Counted from the stretch's first letter, positions 1 through 10,928 are shown. The stretch: 64,000 nucleotides of DNA from Bdellovibrio sp. (GCA_036676395.1 JAKFCY010000002.1:640001-704000), one strand, 5' to 3'. Translations and numbers: made by a program. Notes: generated from the letters alone by a model not told the origin.

Positions 1-3000
1 GTTTTGCAAATGTAACAAGTGGATCACAATACACAAAAGTAACTGTCGATGGCAAAGGCCGCATAACAAGTGGCGCACAACTGTCAACGGCAGATGTAAC
101 GACAGCATTAGGTTACACTCCAGCAAGTGCATCAGCTTCTTCGCAATGGGCGACAAGTGGAACATCAATTAATTATATGACAGGCTATGTAGGTATCGGG
201 ACAGCTTCGCCTTTACAAAGTTTTTCTGTAAGTGGTATCGGCATAGTGACAGGTAATTATGGCAGCGGCGAAGATTTAGTTGTCAGCGGCGAAGGATCAA
301 GAATGTTTTTCTATCCTAAAAAAGCTGCTTTTCGTGCAGGCTATGTCGGAAACGACGAATGGGATGATACTAATATCGGTGAATCCAGCGTAGCCATAGG
401 TGATAGTTCGATCGCCACAGGCTATGGAGCTGTTGCTTTAGGTGCAGGAACCCTTGCGAGTGGTACCAATTCTGTAGCCCTAGGTAAATACAGCCAAGCG
501 CTTGGAGATAGATCAACTGCTTTTGGTGAAGCACAAGCCGTCGGCGATTTAAGTACAGCTTTTGATAGCAGTTACGCCGAAGGAATGTATAGCATTGCCA
601 TGGGAAGCAGTAGTGCAAATGCTGATCGCGCTATAGCTATGGGATCATCAGCAAATGCAGATGGTGAATCAAGTGTTGCTATCGGCCAGTCAATTCATAG
701 TAGAGCTTACAGATCTGTAGCGGTCGGCAGTTACAATGTCGGAGCGGGAAGCGGAACTGCATGGGTGGCGACAGATCCGATTTTTGAAGTTGGTAATAGT
801 CAAAATGGATCTCCCCGCAGCAATGCAATGACCATTCTAAAAAATGGCAACATTGGTATTGGCATATTTGCACCAGTTACAAAATTAGAAGTCAGTGGCG
901 GTGTAAAAATCAGTATGGAAGCTGCGGCGTGTGCTGTAAGTTACGCGGGTACTTTACGTTATAATTCAGGTAACGTTGAATATTGTAATGGCACTTCGTG
1001 GGCAGCGTTCAGTACAGGTGGTGCTGTAACAAGTGCATCCATTGCAGCAGCATTAAGTTATACTCCAGCTAATCAATCAACAGTAGCGACATCATTTACA
1101 ACTCTAACGAATTCAGTGAATATCGCGGGAACTTCGATGACTACATTAACTAGTACAGTTAATAATTTATCAACTTCATTTACAAACTTAGCAGCTGCAG
1201 TTTCTGGAATCGCAACAGGTGCTAAAGTGGCGCGCGTTGCAACGACCGCCAATATCGTGCTGTCAGGTTTGCAAACGATTGATACGATTGTTACCTTAGT
1301 CGCCGGTGATCGCGTTTTAGTTAAGAACCAATCAGCCCAAGCTAATAATGGACTTTATATTGCCGCAGCCGGTGCATGGACCCGTGCTCCTGAACTTGAT
1401 ACTTGGCAAGAAGTGTTGGGTGCCGAAGTTTACGTTGCCGATGGTCTTTCAAACCAAGGTATAGCCTATATGGTGAATACCTCGGTCTTATCTGGTACAT
1501 TGAATACAACGAGTATCCAATGGACTACGCGTGGAGCAAACTGGTTTAACGGTAACATTGGTTTTGGCTTGAGTGCACTTGCTAAAAATATTTCGGGTTT
1601 CGACAATGCGGCTTTCGGTAATTATTCTTTATCAGTAGCGACCACGGGGTCTGAAAATACCGGCGTCGGTAATTATACTTTTGAAGATTTAACAACTGGT
1701 GGCAAAAATACAGCTGTCGGTACTTCGGCGATGGGCGGCGTATCTTCAGGGTCTTTAAACACAGCACTTGGTTATAGAGCTCTAGCAAGCGTAGGAACCG
1801 GCGATGGTAATATCGGTATCGGTGCGAATGCCGGCTGGTTGATCACGACCGGATCTAACAATGTCGTCATCGGTTCAAATACCGGAGCAGCAATTGCGAC
1901 ATCATCAAATAATATTCTTTTAGCTGATGGCCAAGGTAATGAACGCATGCGCATTACTTCTAGCGGCGCCGTTGGTTTTGGAACAACAACACCTACAGCA
2001 GGATTAGAAGTTTCTGGTGGAGTTAAACTTAGCGGTACGATAGCTACATTAGATATTCCTTTAACGACATCAACTACCGGTTACATCACGATGAATAGTG
2101 AGCGGTTACTACATGCTTCTGAAGATTATAGTATTTTCTTAGGAAGAGGCGCCGGTAATCTTGCCGGTACGGGTGTACAGGATACAGGTATCGGTCATAA
2201 GGCACTTAAGAGCATAACTTTAGGGTATCAAAACGTGGCGGTCGGTGATTTTGCAATGGCTGATATGACCATCGGCGGAGAAAACACCGCCATCGGTTCA
2301 GAAGCTTTAACTAACTCGGTCAGTGGTAATGCCAATGTTGCAGTAGGTATTCAAGCTCTAATGAATAATACTAGTAACGAAAATACTGTTGTTGGGGCTT
2401 ATGCTCTTAATAGAACTGGTAATGGTTCTAAAAATACTGGATCTGGTTATGCTGTCTTTAATATGCTGACGACAGGATCGAATAACGTTGCAGCCGGATG
2501 GATGGCGTTAAGAAACGTGACTACGGGAAGTTCTAATATCGGTATTGGTTATAATGCCGGTACAAATCTTACAACTGGTTCTGGTAATGTGGTTATCGGT
2601 GCGAACACAGGTGCAAGCTTTGCGACTGAATCAAATAATATTTCTTTTAATGATGGCGTTGGCAATGAAAGAATTCGTGTCGTTAGTTCAGGCTTAGTGG
2701 GTATCGGCCTCTCAACTCCAGTCACAAAATTAGATGTATCGGGTGCGATTCGTATCAGTATGGATTCGGCAACGTGTGCGACAAGTTATGCCGGAGCGAT
2801 TCGCTACAATGCCGGAAATATGCAATTGTGTAACGGCACAACGTGGGCAAGTTTAGGCGGAGAAGTGACCAGCGCATCAGTGGTTTCGGCATTAGGCTAC
2901 ACGCCGGCCGCCAGTGGATCAGGGTCATCGCAGTGGACGACATCATCAACGACCATCAGTTATATGTCTGGTAATGTCGGTATCGGCATCGCTAATCCGA

Positions 3001-5261
3001 CAAATCCATTACATGTTGTCGGCAATCAACTTTTAGAAGGTCATCTGTTATTAAGAACCGGCAATATCTATATGGATAATAACCATGGCATCCGGGCTAA
3101 AAATGCCGCCGGCACAGAAGACCGTGATATCTTGATTATGTCGTCTTCGAATCAATTACATCTTATGAATAACACCGATGGTGACGGTGGTGATATTATT
3201 TTTAATTCAAAAGCCGGTGGTGTCGAGTCAATGCGTATTACGCCTGCCGGTCATGTCGGTATCGGCACCGGATCACCGGCTGCGCGCTTAGCGATTGAAG
3301 GAACTGGCGCAGTTGGTTTACAAATTAAAACCACAGGCGCAGGCGCAGCCGATACTTTTAATCTGGTTAATGATATGGATGCGACTGGTAATTTCTGGTT
3401 CGCAAAAGGATCATCGAACACAGTTCCGACAAGTCCAAATCGTTTAATGAATATAACGAATTGGGGTAATGTAGAAATTTTCGGCCAAGAAGTAAATAAC
3501 ACGAATGATAATTCAGGAATATTATCTCTTAAAACTCAAGCTAGTGCAGATGGTGGCCAAAGAAATGAAGTGTCATTAGAATTTTATGGCGATCGTACAG
3601 ATTTAAACACGCTGTCGGGGTATTTGGGCTATGAAAGTAACACGACATTTGATTTAACATTGATGAATAGTAAAAACGGAAAATTAATTCTTGGAACTTC
3701 AAATACCGCGGCCGTAACGATCACATCTGCGAGCGCTGTGGGTATAGGTACGACTACGCCAGACAGTGCGCTCACAATTAATTCGAATAACACTAAAACG
3801 ACTTTGCATCTTACAGCAATGGGTGGTGGTGGATATCTTAGTGCTCGCGGCAATACCTCTCAGCTAGATGTGTTTGGTGGCTATGAATATGACTTAGCTG
3901 CAGCTAATTACAAGGCTCGTGCAACAGCCGCTGCCGGCGTAGAGTTCAATGCCGGCACTTTTCGCGCATACACCAATTCAGGTCTAACAAGTGGAAACAC
4001 ATTCACTCCTACTGAACGCCTGCGTATCGATACAAGCGGCAATGTCGGTATCGGCACGAGTTCTCCTGGCTATCTTTTGGATGTAAATGGAAATTCGGCA
4101 TTGAGAGGAACGGTTTTAGGAAATGCCTATGGTATTTTAGCAGTGGGAACGGCTCCAAATAATGGGTTTTATTCGCCTGCCACAAATAGATTGGCATTCA
4201 CCGCTAACGGCACTGAAGCGATGAGAATCGATTACACAGGTAACGTCGGTATTGGTACGGCAAGTCCTACTTATAAACTTCACGTGAATGGTACATTTTA
4301 CTCTGGTGCAGCCACTGTCGAAAGTCTCACTTCCGCAGGGCAAATTAAAACAGCTCATTCAACAGCTACAATGACAGATTTTAATAATGCAGGAATTGTT
4401 TTCAATAATGGAAGCAGTAGTTACTCAGGAATTGGCTGGGCAGGAATTTCGGCATTCAATTCATTTTTAGGGCGTCGGGTTGGCGGAGACGACATTATTT
4501 TTGGTACATTAGCGGGCGGGCCTATCGTTGAACGAGTTCGATTTTCAATGGCAGGGCTGGATGTGACAGGAAGTATGACAGCTACTGGCAACGTCGGGAT
4601 CGGTACAACCACGCCGCTAGCAAAATTGCATATTGATACTGGTATAAGTACGACGAGTTACACAGGTATTAAACTTCAAAATGCATTTAAAACTTGGACG
4701 ATCGGTAATAATGTTCCAAACAATTATAATAATATTTTTTCTATTTTTGATGGAACTACATCACGGTTATGGATTGGCGACACGGGTAATGTGGGTATCG
4801 GTGTGATAAACCCATCTTACAGGCTTGATGTAAGTGGTACGATCAGAGGCTTCGGAATCACAGACTCATCTGATATTCGGTTGAAAAAAGATATTGAACC
4901 ATTGGATTTGAGTTTAGAAAAGATATTAAAAGTTAAAGGTGTAAGTTATTACTGGATAGACAAATCAATGCCAAAAAAACAGATTGGTTTTGTCGCTCAG
5001 GATTTAGAAAAAATTTATCCAGAACTGGTTGAAACTGACAACAAAGGTATGAAGTCAGTGAACTATTCACATTTAGTGGCTCCTGTCGTTGAGGCTGTTA
5101 AATCGCTGTATGAAAAAGTTATGGTGCTATTTGACCGCAACGAACAGCTTGCGCGCGAAGTGGCCGCTGTTAAAGCCGAAAACGCTGAAAAAACAAAACA
5201 GTTAAATGATATTCGAGCTTATTTGTGTTCGAAAGATCCAAACGCGCCGATGTGTAAATAG
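1..5261 (+). CDS. Giant mosaic trimeric fibre adhesin (MAT-like) with C-terminal S74 chaperone domain; 5'-truncated by the window edge
   Basis: The frame of ORF 177 is open back to base 3 (FANVTSGSQYTKVTVDGKGRITSG..., a tail-fibre repeat). It has YadA-head-like SVAIG/AVALG repeats, many GNVGIGT repeats and NTAVG solenoid repeats. The C-terminus has the S74 motif SDIRLKKDI...IGFVAQDLEKIYPELV...VNYSHLVAP, a coiled coil and the end LCSKDPNAPMCK. Confidence 0.9.
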   Translation, partial: FANVTSGSQYTKVTVDGKGRITSGAQLSTADVTTALGYTPASASASSQWATSGTSINYMTGYVGIGTASPLQSFSVSGIGIVTGNYGSGEDLVVSGEGSRMFFYPKKAAFRAGYVGNDEWDDTNIGESSVAIGDSSIATGYGAVALGAGTLASGTNSVALGKYSQALGDRSTAFGEAQAVGDLSTAFDSSYAEGMYSIAMGSSSANADRAIAMGSSANADGESSVAIGQSIHSRAYRSVAVGSYNVGAGSGTAWVATDPIFEVGNSQNGSPRSNAMTILKNGNIGIGIFAPVTKLEVSGGVKISMEAAACAVSYAGTLRYNSGNVEYCNGTSWAAFSTGGAVTSASIAAALSYTPANQSTVATSFTTLTNSVNIAGTSMTTLTSTVNNLSTSFTNLAAAVSGIATGAKVARVATTANIVLSGLQTIDTIVTLVAGDRVLVKNQSAQANNGLYIAAAGAWTRAPELDTWQEVLGAEVYVADGLSNQGIAYMVNTSVLSGTLNTTSIQWTTRGANWFNGNIGFGLSALAKNISGFDNAAFGNYSLSVATTGSENTGVGNYTFEDLTTGGKNTAVGTSAMGGVSSGSLNTALGYRALASVGTGDGNIGIGANAGWLITTGSNNVVIGSNTGAAIATSSNNILLADGQGNERMRITSSGAVGFGTTTPTAGLEVSGGVKLSGTIATLDIPLTTSTTGYITMNSERLLHASEDYSIFLGRGAGNLAGTGVQDTGIGHKALKSITLGYQNVAVGDFAMADMTIGGENTAIGSEALTNSVSGNANVAVGIQALMNNTSNENTVVGAYALNRTGNGSKNTGSGYAVFNMLTTGSNNVAAGWMALRNVTTGSSNIGIGYNAGTNLTTGSGNVVIGANTGASFATESNNISFNDGVGNERIRVVSSGLVGIGLSTPVTKLDVSGAIRISMDSATCATSYAGAIRYNAGNMQLCNGTTWASLGGEVTSASVVSALGYTPAASGSGSSQWTTSSTTISYMSGNVGIGIANPTNPLHVVGNQLLEGHLLLRTGNIYMDNNHGIRAKNAAGTEDRDILIMSSSNQLHLMNNTDGDGGDIIFNSKAGGVESMRITPAGHVGIGTGSPAARLAIEGTGAVGLQIKTTGAGAADTFNLVNDMDATGNFWFAKGSSNTVPTSPNRLMNITNWGNVEIFGQEVNNTNDNSGILSLKTQASADGGQRNEVSLEFYGDRTDLNTLSGYLGYESNTTFDLTLMNSKNGKLILGTSNTAAVTITSASAVGIGTTTPDSALTINSNNTKTTLHLTAMGGGGYLSARGNTSQLDVFGGYEYDLAAANYKARATAAAGVEFNAGTFRAYTNSGLTSGNTFTPTERLRIDTSGNVGIGTSSPGYLLDVNGNSALRGTVLGNAYGILAVGTAPNNGFYSPATNRLAFTANGTEAMRIDYTGNVGIGTASPTYKLHVNGTFYSGAATVESLTSAGQIKTAHSTATMTDFNNAGIVFNNGSSSYSGIGWAGISAFNSFLGRRVGGDDIIFGTLAGGPIVERVRFSMAGLDVTGSMTATGNVGIGTTTPLAKLHIDTGISTTSYTGIKLQNAFKTWTIGNNVPNNYNNIFSIFDGTTSRLWIGDTGNVGIGVINPSYRLDVSGTIRGFGITDSSDIRLKKDIEPLDLSLEKILKVKGVSYYWIDKSMPKKQIGFVAQDLEKIYPELVETDNKGMKSVNYSHLVAPVVEAVKSLYEKVMVLFDRNEQLAREVAAVKAENAEKTKQLNDIRAYLCSKDPNAPMCK

Positions 5262-5268
5262 TAAATAG

Positions 5269-6126
5269 TTAACAATCTGAAGAGTTCTCGATGACTTCTG
5301 AAACCGATAGAAGCTGTTGGTTAAGTCTGTAGACCTTTTTACCCGCGATGCTTTTTTCGTTAAATATTGCTACCATCTGACTGTTAAAATCTTGAATTAG
5401 TTCTTGAGCCTTTTGGAATTGTTCAGCAGACAGAGCCATGAATGCTGAATAGAGCTTTCTGTTTTCTGTTGGCCCGTGAATAGCCTCTTGGGCTTGTTTG
5501 AGTCCTTCTGCATGGAAAGTCCGGATATACGAGTTGCCAGGGCTGGAAGGAATTTTAAAAAACTCATTCTCTGTGTGATAGATAATGCGGCCGTCTTCTT
5601 TAACCTCTCCCGATACAAGCTTTTGCCAGAGCAGGCACTTCAAGGCGTTCTTAATTCGCTCCACCGAGCAGCAAAAATCTTGAGCCCATTTTTCTAAATC
5701 AGAAGAGGAGTCATCAAAACTCAGATAAGTAAACAGCTGAGGCACTAAAGGGTCGCTTAAAAAAGCTGAGATATCCTGGATCGCCGTTTCTTGTAGATTG
5801 CGAGACCAGCGACCATAGATTTCTCTTAAATATAACGCGCGCATTGAGTCTGTAGTCGCAATTTGGTAGTTCACCAATAGGGTTAGGTAGCTCACTTCGC
5901 CTTCACTTAGCTGTAAGCCTTTAATAAGGGCTGGGATAATCGAATGAGTTGGTGGCTTTTCGCCTAATACTAAATAGCGCAAATAAGAGCGACTTTTTAT
6001 TCCCATTTCGCCGGCCCAAGTTTCATAAGAAAAATTCCCCTCCGTGCTCTTACGATACTTGTAAAGGGCTTTGAGGAATTCAGGAAGGTCGCGGTAGTCA
6101 TAAACTTTTGGTTTTGGTGCTATCAT
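5269..6126 (-). CDS. TIGR02147/DUF4423 family protein (putative HTH regulator)
   Basis: N-terminal YxDxxxFLxxxY...FSYETWA..G.KSRSYL..V..G.K; C-terminal IRTFH...A..AI...R....F....F....VYRLN.QL pattern. Confidence 0.85.
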   Translation of the reverse strand: MIAPKPKVYDYRDLPEFLKALYKYRKSTEGNFSYETWAGEMGIKSRSYLRYLVLGEKPPTHSIIPALIKGLQLSEGEVSYLTLLVNYQIATTDSMRALYLREIYGRWSRNLQETAIQDISAFLSDPLVPQLFTYLSFDDSSSDLEKWAQDFCCSVERIKNALKCLLWQKLVSGEVKEDGRIIYHTENEFFKIPSSPGNSYIRTFHAEGLKQAQEAIHGPTENRKLYSAFMALSAEQFQKAQELIQDFNSQMVAIFNEKSIAGKKVYRLNQQLLSVSEVIENSSDC

Positions 6127-6269
6127 ATCTGCATCGTAGCAAGGTCATTTATTCTTGGGACGTCCAGTTTTTTGTTCTCTAAAAAAGAACGAGTGCTCAA
6201 ATTTGCAGTTACTGTCTACGGGGTACACACAGAGTTCACATAGAATCAATACAGCGCCTCTTGCGAAGA

Positions 6270-6285
6270 TGGCATGCCTAATGCA
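6270..6285 (+). promoter_or_regulatory. Putative sigma54 (-24/-12) promoter
   Basis: TGGCATGCCTAATGCA (GG-N10-GC, close to TGGCACG-N4-TTGC), about 70 nt upstream of the 6354 start. Confidence 0.55.
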
Positions 6286-6353
6286 AAAGCATTTAATCAA
6301 ATTAAACAATCGCTGCCAGATCGCTTCCTCTGGAAAAAACTAAGGAGACTCTC

Positions 6354-7040
6354 GTGAAAAAAGTTATTTTAAGTTCGCTGGTTATTCTGGTTGCTGCATC
6401 GGCTTTTGCTGGGGGTGGCACTGTTGGTTCTGACGCTGTTAAAGGATCAGCCCAGCATTTTTATTCCGATGAAAATTCGGATGCTATTACTGAACTCGCA
6501 AAAGACCTACATGATAAATATGGCCTATTCGTCGCAAATTTTAAACAACATAGTGAGACCTATGTGGGAGATTTTAATCTTAATAAGATGAAAAATAAAG
6601 GGGCTGATGTAGTGGCCTACAGTGACCTTACGTTTTCAAAATCCGGAGAAAGCTATAGACTGTATTACAATACCTATAAAACAAATAGACCCGTAATTAT
6701 AACTCTGGATTCAAAATATAACTCAGCTATTGAGAAACTTTTTTTAGATATCAAGCAAGAGGCTAGCTTTGTAGAAATTGATGGTGCTACTGGCTATGGA
6801 CGTGGAGGATCGCATCTTACTGCTAGAAACTTGTCTGATGTAAAAGAATTAACATTAACTTGCACAAGAATAATTCAGTCTGATCTAAGCGGAGGAAACA
6901 GATGTCAGACAAAAACTTCAGGAATCGATTTTGCAAAAAATGAAACTGAAGTCATAGTGCAAGGTGCACACGCTGAAGTTATGGTGCCAAAAAAATATTT
7001 AAGAACTTGGAGTGAAAATTATTGGAACGGGAAATTCTAA
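6354..7040 (+). CDS. Secreted hypothetical protein (mature N-terminus GGGTVG)
   Basis: AAGGAG RBS, GTG start, Sec signal MKKVIL...ASAFA. Confidence 0.8.
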   Translation: MKKVILSSLVILVAASAFAGGGTVGSDAVKGSAQHFYSDENSDAITELAKDLHDKYGLFVANFKQHSETYVGDFNLNKMKNKGADVVAYSDLTFSKSGESYRLYYNTYKTNRPVIITLDSKYNSAIEKLFLDIKQEASFVEIDGATGYGRGGSHLTARNLSDVKELTLTCTRIIQSDLSGGNRCQTKTSGIDFAKNETEVIVQGAHAEVMVPKKYLRTWSENYWNGKF

Positions 7041-7072
7041 AATTGTTCGCAGATTATGAATTGAAAAGCTAA

Positions 7073-7108
7073 AAGAAGTGGCCACATCGTGGCCGCTTCT
7101 TATTTTAT
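7073..7108. terminator. Intrinsic terminator between convergent genes
   Basis: AAGAAGTGGCCAC-ATC-GTGGCCGCTTCTT hairpin followed by a T-rich tail. Confidence 0.7.
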
Positions 7109-7151
7109 TCTGGTCTCCTCAAGAAACCTTGCTAAATCCTGCAGTCAGAAA

Positions 7152-7769
7152 TTAAGCCTGTAAATTATTAAGCAATGTGCTCGTCGCCCACTTCATGGTC
7201 TTACCCATTTCAGCGCCGGTCTCACCGTATACATTGCGTAAATCACTCCATAAATTTGCATTAATTAAAGTAATAACTAAATGAACTCTTTGCTGTTCTT
7301 CTTTTGAAGTAGTTAACGGAATCTGAGCTTTGATTTTTTCCATGACTAGGGCGTTGAACTTGCGGCGAAATAAAACACGCGATTGCTGGCCGAAGTTTGT
7401 GTATAAATAAGCTAAGATTAAACTTTCGTATTGATCAAATACCTGAAATGAAAATTCAGCAAAATCTTCGACAGTCATGACTTGTAAATTGCCGGCCACT
7501 TGGGTGACGTAGGTTTCAAGATAAGTTTCTAATTCACGAGTTAAAGATTTTTTATCACCGAAAAAACGAAATAAGGTGCGTGTTGAAAGATCAGCGCGCA
7601 CGGCTAATTCTTCTAAAGAAATTTCTTCGCCACGTTTTTCAACTAATAGAGAAACATAGTTTTCAATAATCTTCTGTCTATTGTTATTTGATTTTTCGGC
7701 GCGCGCAGAATTGTCGTATTTTCTGGGTTTCTTAATCTTTTTAGCTGTTTTCGTGTTTTTACGTTTCAT
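7152..7769 (-). CDS. TetR/AcrR family transcriptional regulator
   Basis: RKYDN..RAE...NRQKII...ISLEELAVRADLSTRTLFRFFGDKKSL HTH. Confidence 0.9.
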   Translation of the reverse strand: MKRKNTKTAKKIKKPRKYDNSARAEKSNNNRQKIIENYVSLLVEKRGEEISLEELAVRADLSTRTLFRFFGDKKSLTRELETYLETYVTQVAGNLQVMTVEDFAEFSFQVFDQYESLILAYLYTNFGQQSRVLFRRKFNALVMEKIKAQIPLTTSKEEQQRVHLVITLINANLWSDLRNVYGETGAEMGKTMKWATSTLLNNLQA

Positions 7770-7937
7770 AAGAGTAGTATAGAAATAAGACGCGCTGTGA
7801 TCAAATTAAAATGACATTAACACAGCCTAATAAGGGCATAATAAATGAAAAAACCTTTATAAACAGTTAATTATTGACAAATAAAAAGATATTGTTAAAA
7901 TCAAAAGGCAGCGTCGCTGTGATTTGTAAATCAAAAT

Positions 7938-8318
7938 CTATTTAGCCGCGACCCAAAGCCTAACAGCGACTAAAATTAAGAATACAGAAAACATTCGGGT
8001 TAACGTGGCTGTTTGTAAGGTGATCGCAAATTTTGAACCTAAGTAGGTTCCGCCAAACATAACTGCAGCAATCACCAATCCGTATTTAATGTTATCCATC
8101 TGAATAAAGCCCGCACGGTAATAATTAATGATTCCTAAAATACCCACAGGTAATAATAAAGCGACCAAAGAAGTGGCCGTAGCGGTTTGCTGTTGGTATT
8201 TAAAAAGATACACTAGCATCGGCACAATAATCACTCCACCACCGATGCCAAATAACCCTGACGAGATTCCGGCAGTTAAACCAATAATTGCAGCATAAGC
8301 GATTTGTAGCGGTGACAT
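7938..8318 (-). CDS. TauE/SafE (TSUP) family membrane transporter, half-size
   Basis: AGISSGLFGIGGGVIIVP...ATATSL motif, hydrophobic helices. Confidence 0.9.
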   Translation of the reverse strand: MSPLQIAYAAIIGLTAGISSGLFGIGGGVIIVPMLVYLFKYQQQTATATSLVALLLPVGILGIINYYRAGFIQMDNIKYGLVIAAVMFGGTYLGSKFAITLQTATLTRMFSVFLILVAVRLWVAAK

Positions 8319-8327
8319 GGGTATCTC

Positions 8328-9038
8328 CTATAAAGATGGGCGAATAACTTTTTTACGTAGAATTTCGGCGTCGTTTTCTGGGTGCGACACTTGAATGCTT
8401 TCAAGCCATTCAACTTTTGCTTTTTTATCGCGAATACCAAATTGCGCCGTCATTTTGCCAATTAAGCTATCGTCATCAACAAATGATGATTCGCGGTAAG
8501 GATGGTAATCAATTTTAAATAATTGCACCGGAATCTGATAATGCTGGGCAATTTCAAAGATGCCTTTTTTCCATAGCTTTTCTTCGTTTAAAGTTGTGGT
8601 GCCAGAAGGAAAAATCACTAACTGTGATTTGTTCGTAATGAGTTGTTCGCCGATGACTTTGCGCAATCTTTCGCGGTCATGTTTTGATTCGCGATCAACA
8701 AATAAAGTGCCAACACGAACTGCCGCCTGGCCTAAAATCGGCCAACGCTTAACTTCTTTTTTCGCTAAGAAAGCAATATGCGGATTTACCGCCATTAATA
8801 ATAAAATATCTAAAAAGCTGACGTGATTGCCAACATAAATACGTGGGCCTTGCACAGAATATTCACCTTGATGGCTAATATCATAACCGATGTAATTTAA
8901 AACACTTTCGGCCCAGCGCTTTTTATAATGGGTGACCTTATGTGGTTTAATGTAACTAAGTGCCAGCCAATAGAAAGTAATTCCAAAGGATCCGAAAGAC
9001 TTAATAAAATAAAAAGACTTAACCGTGTGTTTTAGCAT
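8328..9038 (-). CDS. Lysophospholipid acyltransferase (PlsC-like)
   Basis: NHVSFLD, FLAKKEV..WP, FVDR and FPSGTT motifs. Confidence 0.9.
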   Translation of the reverse strand: MLKHTVKSFYFIKSFGSFGITFYWLALSYIKPHKVTHYKKRWAESVLNYIGYDISHQGEYSVQGPRIYVGNHVSFLDILLLMAVNPHIAFLAKKEVKRWPILGQAAVRVGTLFVDRESKHDRERLRKVIGEQLITNKSQLVIFPSGTTTLNEEKLWKKGIFEIAQHYQIPVQLFKIDYHPYRESSFVDDDSLIGKMTAQFGIRDKKAKVEWLESIQVSHPENDAEILRKKVIRPSL

Positions 9039-9833
9039 CTACTTCAGTAAATCATGAGTGTAGGTAAAAGTCGCTGCCCATCCATCGTTGCGGTCACGCG
9101 CCAAAACGCCATTTTTATTTTTATCGCCTAAGACTTCAAAATGTTTAACGGTGATAACGGGGTTATTACGGTCTGATAAATCGTTAAAATGAAACCACAC
9201 ACCGTAAGATAGATTATTTAAGCCTTCTGAATCAGCTGCGCCGTAATAATATTCGTTATGGCGTTTATCGCCGTAACCTACAGTGACGATAAAATTCGGT
9301 TCAACCATTGAAGTTCGAAGGATGGTGTTTTGAAAAGTGAATAATTTAAGTTTGCCTGATAGTTCATAATAAAGACCATTATGAGCTTTTAAGTCTTTGT
9401 GAATACCGAAAACCCACTCTGAGATATAGTCTTCGTTATAGCCCGGAATGAAAAACTCTGCTCTATTTACCCACTCCCATGAGTTCTCACGATCTGGATA
9501 AATATCTTTAATACTGTCGTGTTTGGGAAAGATCGGATTATCACTGATCGCCTGAAAGCGCGTTCTTAAGCGCACTTTATCTTCATAGACAAAATCACGG
9601 TAGCTGACCGAGCTTGTTAAAAACTCGAAGCGGTCTTCAAACATAAAAACGGCAATGACGGGAACCAGTTGAAAGTCATTATATTGAATGACACCGCGAG
9701 ACTCCCAGATCGAGAAAAACTTCGCGCCAGCTTTGACGCCGCTGACTGATTTCCATTTGTTAGTTGCTTGGTATTCAGCCAAAGCATTAAAAGAACTAAG
9801 CATTAATAAAACAGCAAAAAGTATTTTCATCAT
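9039..9833 (-). CDS. Outer-membrane beta-barrel, MipA/OmpV-like
   Basis: Signal peptide, aromatic-rich beta strands, GD..HNEYYYG motif typical of MipA. Confidence 0.65.
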   Translation of the reverse strand: MMKILFAVLLMLSSFNALAEYQATNKWKSVSGVKAGAKFFSIWESRGVIQYNDFQLVPVIAVFMFEDRFEFLTSSVSYRDFVYEDKVRLRTRFQAISDNPIFPKHDSIKDIYPDRENSWEWVNRAEFFIPGYNEDYISEWVFGIHKDLKAHNGLYYELSGKLKLFTFQNTILRTSMVEPNFIVTVGYGDKRHNEYYYGAADSEGLNNLSYGVWFHFNDLSDRNNPVITVKHFEVLGDKNKNGVLARDRNDGWAATFTYTHDLLK

Positions 9834-10001
9834 GAGTGAATTTAAACATCATTCATTGGGGGATGCTGCCTAAATTCACATTTTAGCACGGCGTTTCACA
9901 AACCCAATCTTGACAACAATTATGGTGAATTTACCAAAAAGAGTTGCTAGCTTTCTGGCGACAACTAGTTCGATTTTGTTTCCTAAATTGAGGGGGGATA
10001 C

Positions 10002-10928
10002 ATGTATTGGAATTTTTCAAAAACGATTGCTGCCGTTTGGTGCTTTACACTTTTAACCGCAGGTTTTGCTAATGCACACATCACTTCGAAATCAGACTAT
10101 TACGGTAAAGAATTCTTAGGCCAGGTTCAATCAGGCCAATTAAAAAACGAACAACTATTAGATAAATTATTTCACGTTGTTTCAGACGCCCACATTAAAA
10201 ATAAAAACGCCCAAGACACATTAATCACAAATTGCCAATCAGCTACCTTAGAACCAGGCCAAAACTGCATTCAACACACAGCCCTTGGTTATGATACTGC
10301 AAGAAAACACATGTTCGGTGCGATCCACTTAGAACAAACACCTGATGGCGTTTACTTTGTTAAAGACGTGTACTGTGAAAAAGATTTTACAGATGAAGAT
10401 TTTGGCAGAAAAGGCAAAGGCCAAAACATCGGCCCAGGCATCATTCCGGGTGATGGTTCAATTTTAAATTGTGAACACACTTGGCCACAAAGTCGTTTCA
10501 CAACTCGCTTTCCTAAAGAAACACAAAAATCTGATTTACATCACCTATACCCAACTGATTCTAGCATGAACAGCCACAGATCTGCTTTGCGCTTCGGCGA
10601 AGTCGAAAAAGACATGGAGAAATTAAAATGCCCACAAAATCGTTTAGGTCGTGGTGCAGGCAATGCGGGAACAGTATTCGAACCACCAGTTGCTCACCGT
10701 GGTAACGTGGCGCGCGCGATTTTCTACTTCGCCACTCGCTATAAAATGAAAGTCGGCGGTGCCGAAGAAGCAACTTTAAGAATCTGGAATCAAGAAGATC
10801 CGGTTGATGCTGACGAATTAAAAAGAAACGACCAGGTTGAAGACCTTCAAGGTAACCGCAACCCATTCGTCGATTACCCAGAATTAGTTGACCAAGTGAA
10901 CATGTTTTCGTTCAGCACGACTAAGTAG
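10002..10928 (+). CDS. Secreted endonuclease I family (His-Me) nuclease
   Basis: Signal peptide; NCEHTWPQS, DLHHLYP, RGNVARAIFYF, QGNRNPFVDYP. Confidence 0.92.
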   Translation: MYWNFSKTIAAVWCFTLLTAGFANAHITSKSDYYGKEFLGQVQSGQLKNEQLLDKLFHVVSDAHIKNKNAQDTLITNCQSATLEPGQNCIQHTALGYDTARKHMFGAIHLEQTPDGVYFVKDVYCEKDFTDEDFGRKGKGQNIGPGIIPGDGSILNCEHTWPQSRFTTRFPKETQKSDLHHLYPTDSSMNSHRSALRFGEVEKDMEKLKCPQNRLGRGAGNAGTVFEPPVAHRGNVARAIFYFATRYKMKVGGAEEATLRIWNQEDPVDADELKRNDQVEDLQGNRNPFVDYPELVDQVNMFSFSTTK

